DNA from: Antedon mediterranea
Taxonomy: Eukaryota; Animalia; Echinodermata
Assembly: GCF_964355755.1 (NCBI RefSeq)
Contig: NC_092673.1
Span: 6,634,001-6,698,000 of the forward strand
DNA: 64,000 nt
Direction: 5' to 3'
Both the position numbers and the translations under genes were made by a program. The notes under the pieces were generated by a model. It was not told where the DNA came from, searched no databases, and saw only the letters and a list, made by a program, of their open reading frames with translations. This document shows, one piece after another, positions 1 to 12,300 of the stretch (positions are counted from its first letter, which is position 1; every line of letters begins with the position of its first letter).

Positions 1-359
1 TAGAATATTTTGACCTTCATTTTTTGTGTTTCCAGGGACAATACATCTTTAATACAAATTTATGTATCATACATAACTATACGGTATCGTAAATACTGTA
101 CCATCAACGTCGTTGAATGATTGTTTAAAAGATGTTTAAATTGACAGGCACGTATCGAACCTCCCATATGGCATATATTGTTTGTTCGTCCAATTTATGT
201 TTCCCTTTATATTGTTCCTTTAACATTGCAATTTTTAAACATTTTTATGCATATATACATTTGTATTTATTTGTTTATTCCATTCCAACAGCGAATCATC
301 GTCGGGCTGGTTAAAATCTTAATATCAAACTACTTAAGATAAAAAATATACTTCTTTAA

Positions 360-900
360 AGATGTATTGTCCCTTAGACTAATTCCAAAAACATTTTTTA
401 CAAAATATTTCAAAAAAAAGTGGGTTATTTTGAACTATCATAATAGTTATTAACTTCCACCAAAACTTAGTCAAAAAAAATTATTCAACTGAAATACAGA
501 GGTTTTTTTGTTCAAAAAATAAATTTGACTTCCAGTCAAAGTTTTCGATCAAAACATATCTCATAATGCAACGCGCTTGTTTGGCTACTCTGTATGCAAA
601 ATCATAAAACTTCCTGGCGATCTGTGTGAAAACACCTTCTCAACCATGACGAGTTGTAAACAATCCTGATTAGCATCATGAATAATGCATACTCGTTGTT
701 TGAAATCTTTGTTTACTTTCGCTCGCGACGATTTTCCAGACGAAATGCAATCAAATAAATTTACCTGTTTTTACGTAAACTTGTTTTTTTTGGCTCAAAT
801 TTTCGACTTAGTGAATAACTTTAATATTACTTTGATATGGCCAATTTAAATTTAGAATATTTTGACCTTCATTTTTTGTGTTTTAAGGGACAATACATCT
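360..900. mobile_element. Non-autonomous DNA transposon with TTAA target duplication (Kolobok-like MITE)
   Basis: TTAA|AGATGTATTGTCCC...GGGACAATACATCT|TTAA. The right end of another copy occupies 1-48. Confidence 0.8.
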
Positions 901-1376
901 TTAAAATAGACGGAAATACAAGATGACTTCGAACATAGAAAAATGATTACGGGTTAACTAAGTGATGTAAAATAATAGAACGGAAAGAAGTGATGCCATT
1001 ATTAAAACAATATCGATATTGGTGTTATATTCTATTTTTCTCTTAATCACGTGTTTTATTTCCATATTCTTAAAGGGTGCAAAAGTAACCTTTAAAACTG
1101 AAGATAATATGGCCGAAAAATCATTTGATTAACTACAATAATATTCGACATTAACGTTGGTTATTTATAACTATGATTATGATGGTAACGTTACACAACT
1201 TATGCCTACGTGTTTATAACCGATACTGATAGTTTGGCCTATGGAAGTCAAATTGCCTTAATAATATTCAAACTGTATATATAGAAAGTATGTTAAAGGT
1301 AACATACTAATACATTTAGTTTCCTATAACTGCCGTTTCTACTAACCATTACATCACCATGAAGTTATGGAGGCCA

Positions 1377-1487
1377 ACGTGGAGAGGGCACGTGACGTGA
1401 AGAGGGCACGTGACGTGGAGAGGGCACGTGACGTGGAGAGGGCACGTGACGCGGAGAAAGCACGTGACGTGGAGACGACACGTGACA
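1377..1487. repeat. 18-bp minisatellite (GTGGAGAGGGCACGTGAC) x6
   Basis: CACGTGAC occurs at 1389, 1407, 1425, 1443, 1461 and 1479. Confidence 0.95.
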
Positions 1488-1682
1488 TAAACGAGTATTT
1501 TCAACATACACAAATTTCCATTTTGTTTACGAGTTTTGTCTCTTCAAAGAACCCCATTAAAGAAAGTTTAATTTATGTTGTAATCGAAAATAAATAAAAC
1601 CGGATCAAGTGTCTAAGTGTCTGTCAAACTTGAAAAATAAAATAAGTAAATCAGCTTAAGTTTTTCACTGACTTTTGTTAGA

Positions 1683-1990
1683 AGATATATTGTCCCCTTA
1701 AAAAATAATTCTGTATTATTTGGTTGAATAATAATAATAATAATAGTTATGTTTATTAAAATTATTTACCCGAAGAAACGAATTTAGAAGATTTCAATCA
1801 AATATTGGCAGCCAATAGGGTTTTGATTGAATTTAACCATTTATTTTGTCATTTTATAAGTGAAAACATTATTTTTTTTCCAGTATTTTTTCTACAGAAT
1901 CGATTAACTTTATTAAAACTACAAAATAAACTATTCAAAGTCTGATTTAACTAATCTTCATTTTTCATGTTTTTGGAGGACAATACATAT
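1683..1990. mobile_element. Kolobok-like MITE, second subfamily
   Basis: AGATATATTGTCCC...GGACAATACATAT|TTAA. Internal sequence is similar to the copy at 62473-62820. Confidence 0.7.
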
Positions 1991-2359
1991 TTAAGTCCAT
2001 TTTTAGAAAAACTTAAGCAAATATGCTAATGTATTTTTATTTAGTACAATCATTGTACTGACCTCTTTGTTTTCAAGTTTTTATAGCCGAGGAGAATGTA
2101 GGCGTCGCACATCCAAATCATGGAGTTTTTTTCACAGTGTAGAAGCAACTAATTTTACAACTCAGCCTACCTAGAAAATAGAAAATAAACATATAAATAA
2201 ACCAGTATGAAAAACAAATTTGACATTGACTTACACAATTATTTTGAGAAATAAACAAGGTAGTTGTTTACTTTCGAAAAGGTAATTAATACTATACATT
2301 AATGAACACATCATCATATGATGTTATTATTAGCATGTGGGAAATACCTATGTTACCGG

Positions 2360-2415
2360 TATAGTCTATAAAGTGTGCAGCAATTTCATATTCATTTTAA
2401 AAAAACACGGTGAGT
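2360..2415 (+). promoter_or_regulatory. Putative TATA box and short non-coding first exon of FYVE-like paralog 1
   Basis: CTATAAAG near 2366, followed by a consensus donor ACG|GTGAGT at 2409/2410; an acceptor TAG ends at 2633, before the ATG exon. Confidence 0.35.
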
Positions 2416-2687
2416 TACATTGGTTGTATTGTGGCTTAATAGTTCTCTGAATCTGGTAGCTACTGTATAAACGCCATCATATAGGCTATCAAATACAGGT
2501 TATAATTACACTGGTGATGCCTAACATGTTTTAATATTGTTTTTATTGCGGTACAGTATTTTCTATTAAGATTGTAGCTGCATGTTGCAATGTATACTTA
2601 ATAATAATAATACTATTGTTATTAGGCCTATAGACTTGATCCGTGGAGGCGTCTGGCGTTCTTTGACTTACACACGGAACTTTCTTG

Positions 2688-4600
2688 ATGAAGAAGGAAG
2701 GATCGGATGTTTGGGTATGTAATTATTGCAGTGTAATAAAATGTACATACACGGATAACCTATAGCGTTTGTACGAAAACATACTCCTGTCACATGGTAC
2801 GTCAAAATGTCGACATACTTTCAGTTAATATTTCAACTCATGTGGCAGAATTAGGCTTTCGTACATTGGTCAAACTGACGAATACAAGTCTTATAGTTAA
2901 TATAATGATTAATGAAGGTCAGAATTGAGACATAAATACCGTTTGATTCTAATGCTCTGCCTACACTATCAAACTAGTTTGACAAAACAAGTGTGATGTG
3001 CCCAAATATGGTAGTGATATGCTTAAATATGGTAGTGATCATCACATCACATTTTGTTGTCACATAAAGTTTGATAGTGTAGACAGGGATTTAGAAATCT
3101 ACCGTTGTTATTATTAATGTGGGAAATGTATTATATTTCATAATTTAGGAAGTAAATCCATTTGAAACGATGGCGTCTCCTCATTTACAACCTAATCATC
3201 ATCACAACTTAGACAAGTTATTACAAATCATGGAAGCACAGCCAAAAGCAAAAAGTAAGTTTATTAAATATTACCAATGTATTTAGATTCATGGCATCTG
3301 ATTGGGGAATTGTACTTCTAATGCCAAAACACTAATAAATTGGACGTTTTCCACAAGATCTAGGTCTAATTAATCCTCGCCTTTCATGTGTAAAATGGAA
3401 AATCTGAAAAGGTCACTCTTAGACCTAAATATCGTACTGAAACAAAATGCCAATTTAGTAGTCGTCTTTGATCGTGGGAGACGATTTTATAAGTCTAATA
3501 AATGATGCAAATATCTACAAAAAAAAACACTACACATTCAATTCAAAGGAAAAAAAACATAAACAAACTACAAAATATTGGCTGGATTGGTTAATTAACA
3601 TGGCTAACTTTTTCAATTATCTAGAAAACAAAGGATGTGGTCGCTTTGGATTCATCGAAAAGCGACAGCTTCGCTGTCACACTAATACCTGTAAGAGAAG
3701 ACTGTGTTTACGTTCCAGCAATCATTGCCGGCTTTGCGAAAACCACTTCTGCAACAAGCACTCTATGCATGTATCTCAAGAAACAATTATATGTAAGTAG
3801 GCTTAGACTGTTATATATACGCCAAGAAGAAGTAAGCATACGTACGCCTTAGTGTTGTTTTCAGTTATTGAGACTTTCACGTTCTGTATAAATTTAAAGG
3901 GTTAACTCCGGGTTTAAACTTTGTTATATTTTACAACCACATTGTTAAACCACACTTATTTTCCGAAAGCAGAACGAACTTTTTTAAATAGCATAGGCCT
4001 TACAATACGAAAAAGTCATGAGCACTACTTTTTTAATGCCCTTGTTCACAAGCTTGTTCTGCACATTACGTCATTATATTAATTAATCAAGCATAACGGA
4101 GAACAACTAGCGCCATCATTATATTTATATTTGGCCTCTGTATTGTGTACTAATGTTAATAGATGTTTTAATTTCTGTTTATTAATTAATTCTTTTATCA
4201 TATTGTTGATGTTCTCTACTTAGCACTGAAAGTGTCATTCAGTGTCAGTATATACGTTTGGTTAGTATAGTTAGTTTGGTTATTTATTGTATAGGCCTAC
4301 ATTACTTAATTATTATTGTTCTTTTACTTAGTTCCCCTGCAAAATTACCTAGGCAAGATGGAGTTAAAAAACAAGAACATTAAGGTGTGTCTAGCTTGTA
4401 ACATCCGAGTGAAAAATGAGTGGCAGACATACCAAAGAGAAAGACGAAATGAATTTAAAATACAGGCACAACCAGACAATGAAATAGAAGAAAGAGGCGC
4501 ACTGAGACGCTGTTTTTCTCGTCTTTACCGATGTTGTAATTCTACGACGGATAATGAAAATAAAACTACGGATAACAATCCGTATTCTATAAATGCCTAA
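2688..4600 (+). CDS. Degenerate FYVE-type zinc-finger protein with C-terminal Cys cluster, paralog 1 (spliced, ~189 aa)
   Basis: Hand-assembled exons 2688-2714, 3149-3254, 3625-3792 and 4332-4600, all GT-AG, phases 0/1/1, 570 nt in total. Translation: MKKEGSDVW-EVNPFETMASPH...LDKLLQIMEAQPK...CHTNTC...SSNHCRLCENHFCNKHS...KVCLAC...RRCFSRLYRCCNS...*. Zn-ligand spacing matches the FYVE fold (HCRxCxxxFCxx[CH]S...[RK]VCxxC). The last three exons align with paralog 2. The first exon and start codon are less certain; an internal Met at 3170 is conserved in both copies. Confidence 0.8.
2953..3090. mobile_element. Short MITE (TIR GCTCTGTCTACACTATCAAAC) with internal AAATATGGTAGTGAT repeats
   Basis: Inverted termini. 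Related copies lie at about 27640-27770 (inverted), 46211-46343 and partially 38930-39000. Confidence 0.65.
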
Positions 4601-4670
4601 TTGTTTCATGTAGGGACGGCGCGGATTTCAACACTGACAGTGTCCATGCGAAATTGCATTAAATGGAAAT

Positions 4671-4995
4671 GAAGAATAGGACTTTCAAAGTAGTGTTAGT
4701 GTGCTTCCTAAAGAGCATATTGGTTAGAAACCGAAAATACAAAAAAAAAAACAAACAGTATTTCAATTATATTTATAACAAAAAACTACAACAAATTTAT
4801 GAAAAATTAATACCAATCGTGTTCTAAGCACTTTCGTGGAGGGAAGGTAAAGCAGATTGCATTTTTACGAAATGAATTTGAATTGAAGAATTTGGCTCTC
4901 AAAGTAGTATAGTGTGCTTCCTAAAGAGAATATTGGTTAGACACAGAAAAGATAAATAAACAGTAGGCCTATCTCAATGATATTTATAACAAAAT
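4671..4995. repeat. Local ~120-bp diverged duplication downstream of FYVE-like paralog 1
   Basis: The block GAAGAAT..CAAAGTAGT..AGTGTGCTTCCTAAAGAG.ATATTGGTTAGA...ATATTTATAACAAAA occurs at about 4671-4785 and 4886-4995. Confidence 0.75.
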
Positions 4996-7578
4996 TTAAA
5001 ACCTCAATGCGATTACACAAATGTTTTGTTTAAATTATGATATAAAATAAGTTATTTAAATCTAGGCCAATCAATAATGAAGTGATTATTGATAATAATA
5101 ATAATAATAATTATTATTATTATTGATTCATTAATAAATAGAAAGGGTTTAGACGGTTTTGCTTGATTATTACATAGAGCTACTATTTTTGTATTGGATA
5201 TTACGATTGAGGCTGTTGTAGTTAGTGTTAAAGAAGTTCGCTTGTAAAATAACTTATTTTAGTATACTATAGGAGATCATGCTGATAAATAACTTATATT
5301 ATTATCTGCAACATTTTGTACCCAAATTTACAATTTTATAATATTCTAATTGTATTTTTAAATAAAATGAGAATCTTGAATTGGCTATCAATTTTTCATA
5401 TAGGCCTAACCCGATTAAATTATGTGTTGTGAATTTTGGAGAGTTTCTTTACTTTCTTTACATTTCTTTTTCAATTCGGTACTCCTTTACGTAGATATTT
5501 ATAGGTACCTTAGATTATTGTTTGTGACTTGAATTTCTCTATAACCCATTTTTCAGTAGGCCTAAGTCTGCTGACTTTCTACATATTTTTTTTCCGGGAA
5601 GTGTTTATTTGTAAGTTGATTTCATGTGACGTTTGTACGACATGTTTTTGATCGGTACAATATTGCCTATGTTTAAAGAAAGTTTAATTAGGCCTGTAAT
5701 GTATTATTAATTTACAGGTTGTAGCAATGAACATGAATAAACACAAAAATGCTAATGTTTTTACATATAGATGACGTATCTCACAAGTTGAGGGCGCTAT
5801 GGCAGGTAAAATAAAAACCTGGTAAAAATAGCCACTGCGTCACCTCTTTTCCAAATACGCCCAAAATCTTTCGTATTTTGCCAACATTTGTATTTCGTTC
5901 GGATGCTCACCATTTTTTGACAATTACCCGTAAAACAATAAGATAAAATGGCCGGTCAATCACTAGGGGACACACTCCTATAATTAAGGAGACACCACCT
6001 GTGTTTGGTCGGTCCCACACGAAGGTGTCCCCGTAATAGTGGTTCTACTCATTAATCAAAAAAAAAAAAAAAATTTACCACTGTATTATTAGTTTTCAGC
6101 AGAAACTTAATTTGAATGAAATGAATGAATTTAACTGAGACAATTAGTGTGTTCGTATGCACTACTTAGTCTCTCACAACAGTCAATTTTGTAAGGTTCT
6201 TCAACATGGCTGTACCAAATTGAAATGTGTTTCAAAAGGGATTATAGAGACACAATGAATGTGGTAGACAACAAGATCCGTGCAATTATTAAATATAGGC
6301 TTACATTCTACATTACAGAATTACAGTACTGTATTTAAATGCACGCATGATACCTTGATTTTTTGTTTCCTATTGTCAAAAGGTAAGAATGGTACTATTC
6401 TGGTGTCACTATAAGTTTAATACGTTTCTCGTGATAATATGACGTACTAACTAGCTAAACGTTTCACGCTTCATTGATCAATCAATAGTATTAAAACATT
6501 GTATACAATAAACAAAGGTAGCTATGAAGTGAGAATTCGACGTTTCGATATTTTATTATTTTCAAGAATCATTTATCATTTACCATAACATTTATTTACA
6601 TTTACATTATTTACATTATTTACAAAAGTGTCATCCAATAAACAACAACTGCTGTATAAACCCTCTATCCTATCCCCATCCCCAAATTTAAATCGATACA
6701 TTACAGTATATCATTACTTTACACAAATGAATACAAAACAAAATATAGTAAAAGTTTTTTAAATAAAATCAACTGATGATAAACACAGCTAATTTCGAAA
6801 ACTCACTAACCCCCCTCCCCCACCCCTTTTCAATTTACCGTACTGAATGTAGCAATGTAGATAACATAGTTATTGAGTCATAGTTTTGTTATTTTAGCAT
6901 TCAATATTAATATTTATTTTCTACAATATCTACCGTACTGGATTTCTGGTAGTACAGGCCTAATCCCTTGTTCTATTATCGTTTACCTGGGAATTCCTGT
7001 AGACCGCGGTTCTGGAATTAGCAGGAAGTTTCTTAGTCACTTGATTTGAAAGTTTAAAAAGTTCAATCACAAACGGATTTATAGGGGATTTTTTGTAGGT
7101 AATACCATACATTCAACATTTTTTAGCATCTTACAGTAGCTTAATCATGATGAAATAAGCTAGGAAGACGCCCACATTGGGTAGGCAATGAACTCAATTT
7201 AGGGAAACATCATTTACATATCTGATACCATGTGATTGTCATACACCTTATGATATATCTTGTATTATATATTTTAGCCATTGAGTTTGCATTTTTTGTG
7301 GGTCCATGCGTAAAAAAATGAAATAAACTAGTAATTTGTATCCTACTATAATTCAAACTAATTGAAATGGATAAACAGATCAGGTTGTACTATAGGTCTA
7401 TTAAACGCCAGCAAAAACCATGCTCTACAATGGTTGGTTTCCACTAGAGACGCAACGCAAGGACGTGAGGCAACGTAAGTGAGTTGACCAATTACAAGCG
7501 ATGGATTATTTGAACTGTCGCTTGTCATTGGTCAATATGCTTGCGTTGCGTTGACGTACGTGCGTTATGTCCTAGTAA

Positions 7579-7757
7579 AGCGTGGTTCCCACTAGCGACG
7601 CAACGCAAGGACGTAACGCAACGCAAATGAATTGACCAATCACAAGCGATGGCTTATTCGCTTGTGACTGCTAACTGTCTATAACTTCGCTTGTCATTGG
7701 TTAAAACGCTTGCGTTGCGTTTACGTCCTTGCGTTACGTTCTAGTGGGAACCAAGCT
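7579..7757. mobile_element. PIF/Harbinger-like MITE (TIR AGC[G/T]TGGTTCCCACTAG, TWA flanks)
   Basis: Palindromic ~180-bp element nearly identical to 39400-39578. A related degenerate copy abuts it at about 7432-7575. Confidence 0.8.
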
Positions 7758-9378
7758 TTACTAACAACGACTCTCCGTAAACGTAGCCCTATGAGACCAC
7801 CAACAAAAGGTAATTAACCAATCATTTCAGACCGATAAAAATATAAAACAGCCTCTGGGCTAACTGTATATTGATACCGCCAACGTTAACGTACAAGCCT
7901 AAACCGACAATCAATAAAATATAATGATCATATCAAATCAGAAACAAGTCAATCGTAAAATGGAATAAATTAATTTGTTTTTGTAATAAATAGCTAAACT
8001 ATTTTCGCCTTAATAGAATACCACATAATGTAGGCCCTATAGTTATAAAGACGAGGAAAGAATATGAAATTTCTGTATGACATTTGTTACAACAACGCAA
8101 TACTGTACTAAACACTAACATTTAGTCAACAGGTATATAATAGCATCTTCTGTGGTGAGCTTGTATACTTGATATACATGTCCTGGTTTTCTTGTATACA
8201 GACTCATGGCAAGCCTTACGTAACATTATATATTATATAACGAGAACAACAAGTCGAAGGAGTAGAAAGAAAACAAAAATCTTTCATGATAAATGGGTTT
8301 CACGGGTAAGTATAGGCATCAAAAGTAGGTGCTCTGTTTACCTTTAGGGCCTATTACTTGAATTGGCCTTCGTTAATTCCCATGTTGTGTTGTTTATGAA
8401 TATTACGTATTTCCTATGGGAAAGCGATGATTCTTATGTCGTTTATTTACTTTTGTTTTAATTGACGTGTCTATAATGTGTTTTACAATAACAAGGCCAT
8501 ATACATGGCTGCAGTCGCGTGCACAAATTTGAGATAGTGTTTACCGACCGACCGACCGACCAATCGAGCTATAGAGTCGTGTTACAAAAATAGAGACGCC
8601 CTCAGCCACTCCTACAATCCCCACACCTTTTATAAAATACCACAACTCATAAATAGAAATATTAAAATACCAAAAGAATAAGTCAATTATAATGAGTTCT
8701 ATTATAATCCAATAACCATGGGTGGCATGCGGATTTATTTATTTTGGTATAAAAACACACTATAAAAATATTAAATATGTGAAAGAAACAAATAAAAAGA
8801 TCAGATACCAGTTATAGGTCTACTAAATTGTGGACAAACTTATTATTCGCCTACATAATATCACTGTAATTATATTGCCTAAAATTTAAAAAAATACAAA
8901 TGAATATGTAATTGGTTTGAAAATTAAATCTATTACTATTTATCAATTATTTACAAGTCTCAAGGTACTCCCAAACGCACCGAGGAAGGGTTAGTACAAG
9001 CTCCGTCGCAACCTCTCAATCTTTCTGGCTGTTTTACTTCATTGTTTTGATATAGCTATTGTCTTATTTTAGTTTTATCTACAATGTGATCCAGCCACTA
9101 ATACACACATCACTACCATTTTGTTTTCAGTAATTTTCCTTTTGACTTATAGGATAATATAATACCAGACATAACAATATTTAAAAAGAAAAACAACCTT
9201 CGGATTGTACTTGTCGGCCACGCTAGAGTTCTCATGTAATATTGTTATGGACGATTAATTTAATTCCTGTATGCTATTATTAGTCTTACGGAAAGTCCCT
9301 AGAAAAAGAGAGACGGTAGGTATCAAACCAGGATCACATGAAATCCTCATAATTATTGTTTTCCTACAGACAGGAGAC

Positions 9379-12300
9379 ATGGTAAGTTAAATATTACTTG
9401 TTTTACATATTTTGATTAATATTTTATCAGTATTGTTATTTGGTATTGAGTTTTAATTTTATTCTTGAGATATATTTACTGACTGAAGTCTCTATAGTTA
9501 GGTTATAGGGACCATCGTTGCTGGTTTGTAGGGACCATCGTTGCTGGTTTGTAGGGACCATCGTTGCTGGTTTATCTCAATAAGAATTTATATTCAACAA
9601 GAAATATTTCTTACAAAAAACGCGGCTCGACATTTTGACGTCACACTTTAATTATTATTCTTTTTTATCGGAAATAGGCCTAATGAATAATAGTAATAAT
9701 ACATTTATCATAAACAAAACTATAGTAATGTACATATTCCAGGGATGGGGAATTACTCTCTAAGGTCGTAGTGACCCGACCCACATACTAAATTAAATTA
9801 AAAGTTAATATAATTCAAACAAATTATACATTGCCTGTTAATCCGTATTTTGTATCAATATCATTAAGAAAGAATTATTAAAGCCACGAAGTAAACAAAT
9901 TGCAATTATTCTCGATAATAATAATTACAGTTTTTAGTAATATATTTTGTAGTATATCAACATTGTAAAATTCAATAAAATAACTGCCTAAAGGCGCGGC
10001 GCGAAAAACATTATTGTCAATAATTAATAAATAATAATTAGCTTGAGTTCGAATAAAAAAACTCCCAAGTTACCACTCAATAATAAATGTATACAACATG
10101 ATTCTTTTTGGGTAAATTATAATCGATTGGTTAAACATAAATCAAAAACAATACGCATGACATCAATATTAAATGGTAGAGTATCATCCGTTAGTCATCA
10201 AATTGCTCTTTTGGCGTTCCATATCCATAATCGGGAATTCCCCTTTTCTTTCTTATTTCCTATATGACCTCGCTAAAACAGTAGGCTACTATTACTTGCA
10301 TATTTAGGTCTGAGATGTAGGCTGCACCGATGTCTATCATGACTCCTTTGTTGCGGTAGGACTACATATTTTGTTATGAATTAATATGAACGTATATTGT
10401 AATAATGAATACATTTCAGAATTTAGAAATAAATCCGTTTGAAACGCCGATGGCTCTCTCTCATCCAGAGCCTAATCGCTATCAACTTTTAGACAAGTTG
10501 TTGCAGATAATGGAAGAACAACCAAAAAGTAAGAGCATGTTTATAACCATTAAGTAAGCTTTACTGAATCTTTATTGTATTTTCTAAAACATTTTTTTAT
10601 TGACATTCGTGATTAGGTCTACTAACACCAATCGTGTTCTTAAATGTGCACTAATAAGATAAAATAAGATAAGATAAATCTTTATTGCCATGAACACAAC
10701 AAGGCGAACATGAAATTGGTTTCTTCCCTTCGTTTGTCGCAACTAAAAAGTTTCTTAAAAATTGTGTGGCGTTTTATAAAGCCAAGGAACTGATGAAATC
10801 ATGTTTTATAGTTGTAACTTTTTGTTGGTCTTTTTTCTGGGTCCAGTGAGACAAGATCCGCTTCAAACGGGGCCTTATAATAATGTTTCTTCATTCGTAT
10901 ATTTTGTATACTTATGTCAATTGTCAAAATAATGAAATCAGATGGGTCTATTTATAGCTTAAAGTGAATTAAAACCACAGCATCATGTCGGTGATATCTA
11001 ATAAAGGGAAACCTGCACTCTCCATAAGAGAGTCACTTATTTTGAAAATGACGGACCTATGAAAAGGGTAAAGTGTAAAAATATGCCTTATTGGACGTCT
11101 TCGTTACAATAGACCTTTATATATGGACTTCAGGGGTGACCTACTGTATTACAACCAGAGTGTTAATGTGCAAATTACTATTCTATATAATTGACAAATT
11201 TCCCCATTGGGTGGACATTTTCTAACTGTTCTCCGGGCTTAGTAAAGGCTTTACATAAACATAAACTTTTGTATGCCTATAAATAATGTCTTTAACAACC
11301 TAGTTATATAATTTGTTTTTCTTGCCTAGAATCCAAAGGACGTTTTGCAGGCCTGCGTAGTAGAAATGTAACAACACGACTGGGTCATTGTTTCACAAAC
11401 ACCTGCACAAAAACGTTTATGTTCAATTGCAGTAACCATTGTCGTCTTTGCGAAAACACCTTCTGTGACAAGTGTTCTATGCTCGTATCTCCGGAAACAA
11501 TAATAGGTAATTAAATGTATTTATACAAACATTTATAAAAACAAAATACAAATATATTTTTTGAAATTACGGTACCTATGTTTGTTGCCATTTTGTCGAT
11601 CGCAGGGTGAGGAAAACCTTCTGCTTACAAAAATATAAAGCGCCTTTTCGATATTTTCGAACATTTTTTTTTTCTGATTTCTCAGAAACTGCTTATTTTT
11701 ATGATTTGTTTTGTTTGTACCTACTGAGGTAAATAGCAGAAAGAAAATCCTTGAGTATACCTCCACATTAATAGAGGTATTCAGGGGACATTACCAAAAA
11801 ACGAAATTGTTCGCTTAATATGGGTTTTCGCGGGGAAAAAACAAATGAACCAAAATGAACACTAATTTATCTGGACTCAAGAAATTGGGAAGAGTTAAAA
11901 CTTTGGCAGCCAAGGCATTATTAATGAATGTAAATTTTGGCACAATCCCTTTCTCTTAGGGTTCCCCTGAGTAGGGGCTGGCCGTATAGTATTAAAACAT
12001 AATAATATTGCCCTTAAATATTGTCCCCTTAAGAGAGGTGTCCCAAACGAGGTATATCCTTTATTAAAACATGGTTTTTTGTTAGGCTTTATGTTGGCTA
12101 TTTCTTTGAACAACAGCGCCTCCATTTACTATTATAAACAAATGATTTTTTTATGGACAGCTTCCATGATGATTGGCTACTCCCTGCAGCGCATATGAAC
12201 AAAAATGAAGTGCCTATTTTGGACAGATTTCTGCTAGAGTTTGTGAGCCATTTTTCTTACGGGTAGAGATTGTTTTCTGGTTTGGATAAGGGGTGGGCTA

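Noticed and set aside
1367-1597. 76-aa ORF with ERARDV repeats
   Set aside because: Translation of the 18-bp minisatellite; no other coding evidence.
6770-6810. Hammerhead ribozyme-like CTGATGA...CGAAA
   Set aside because: No convincing helix II or III pairing around the core.
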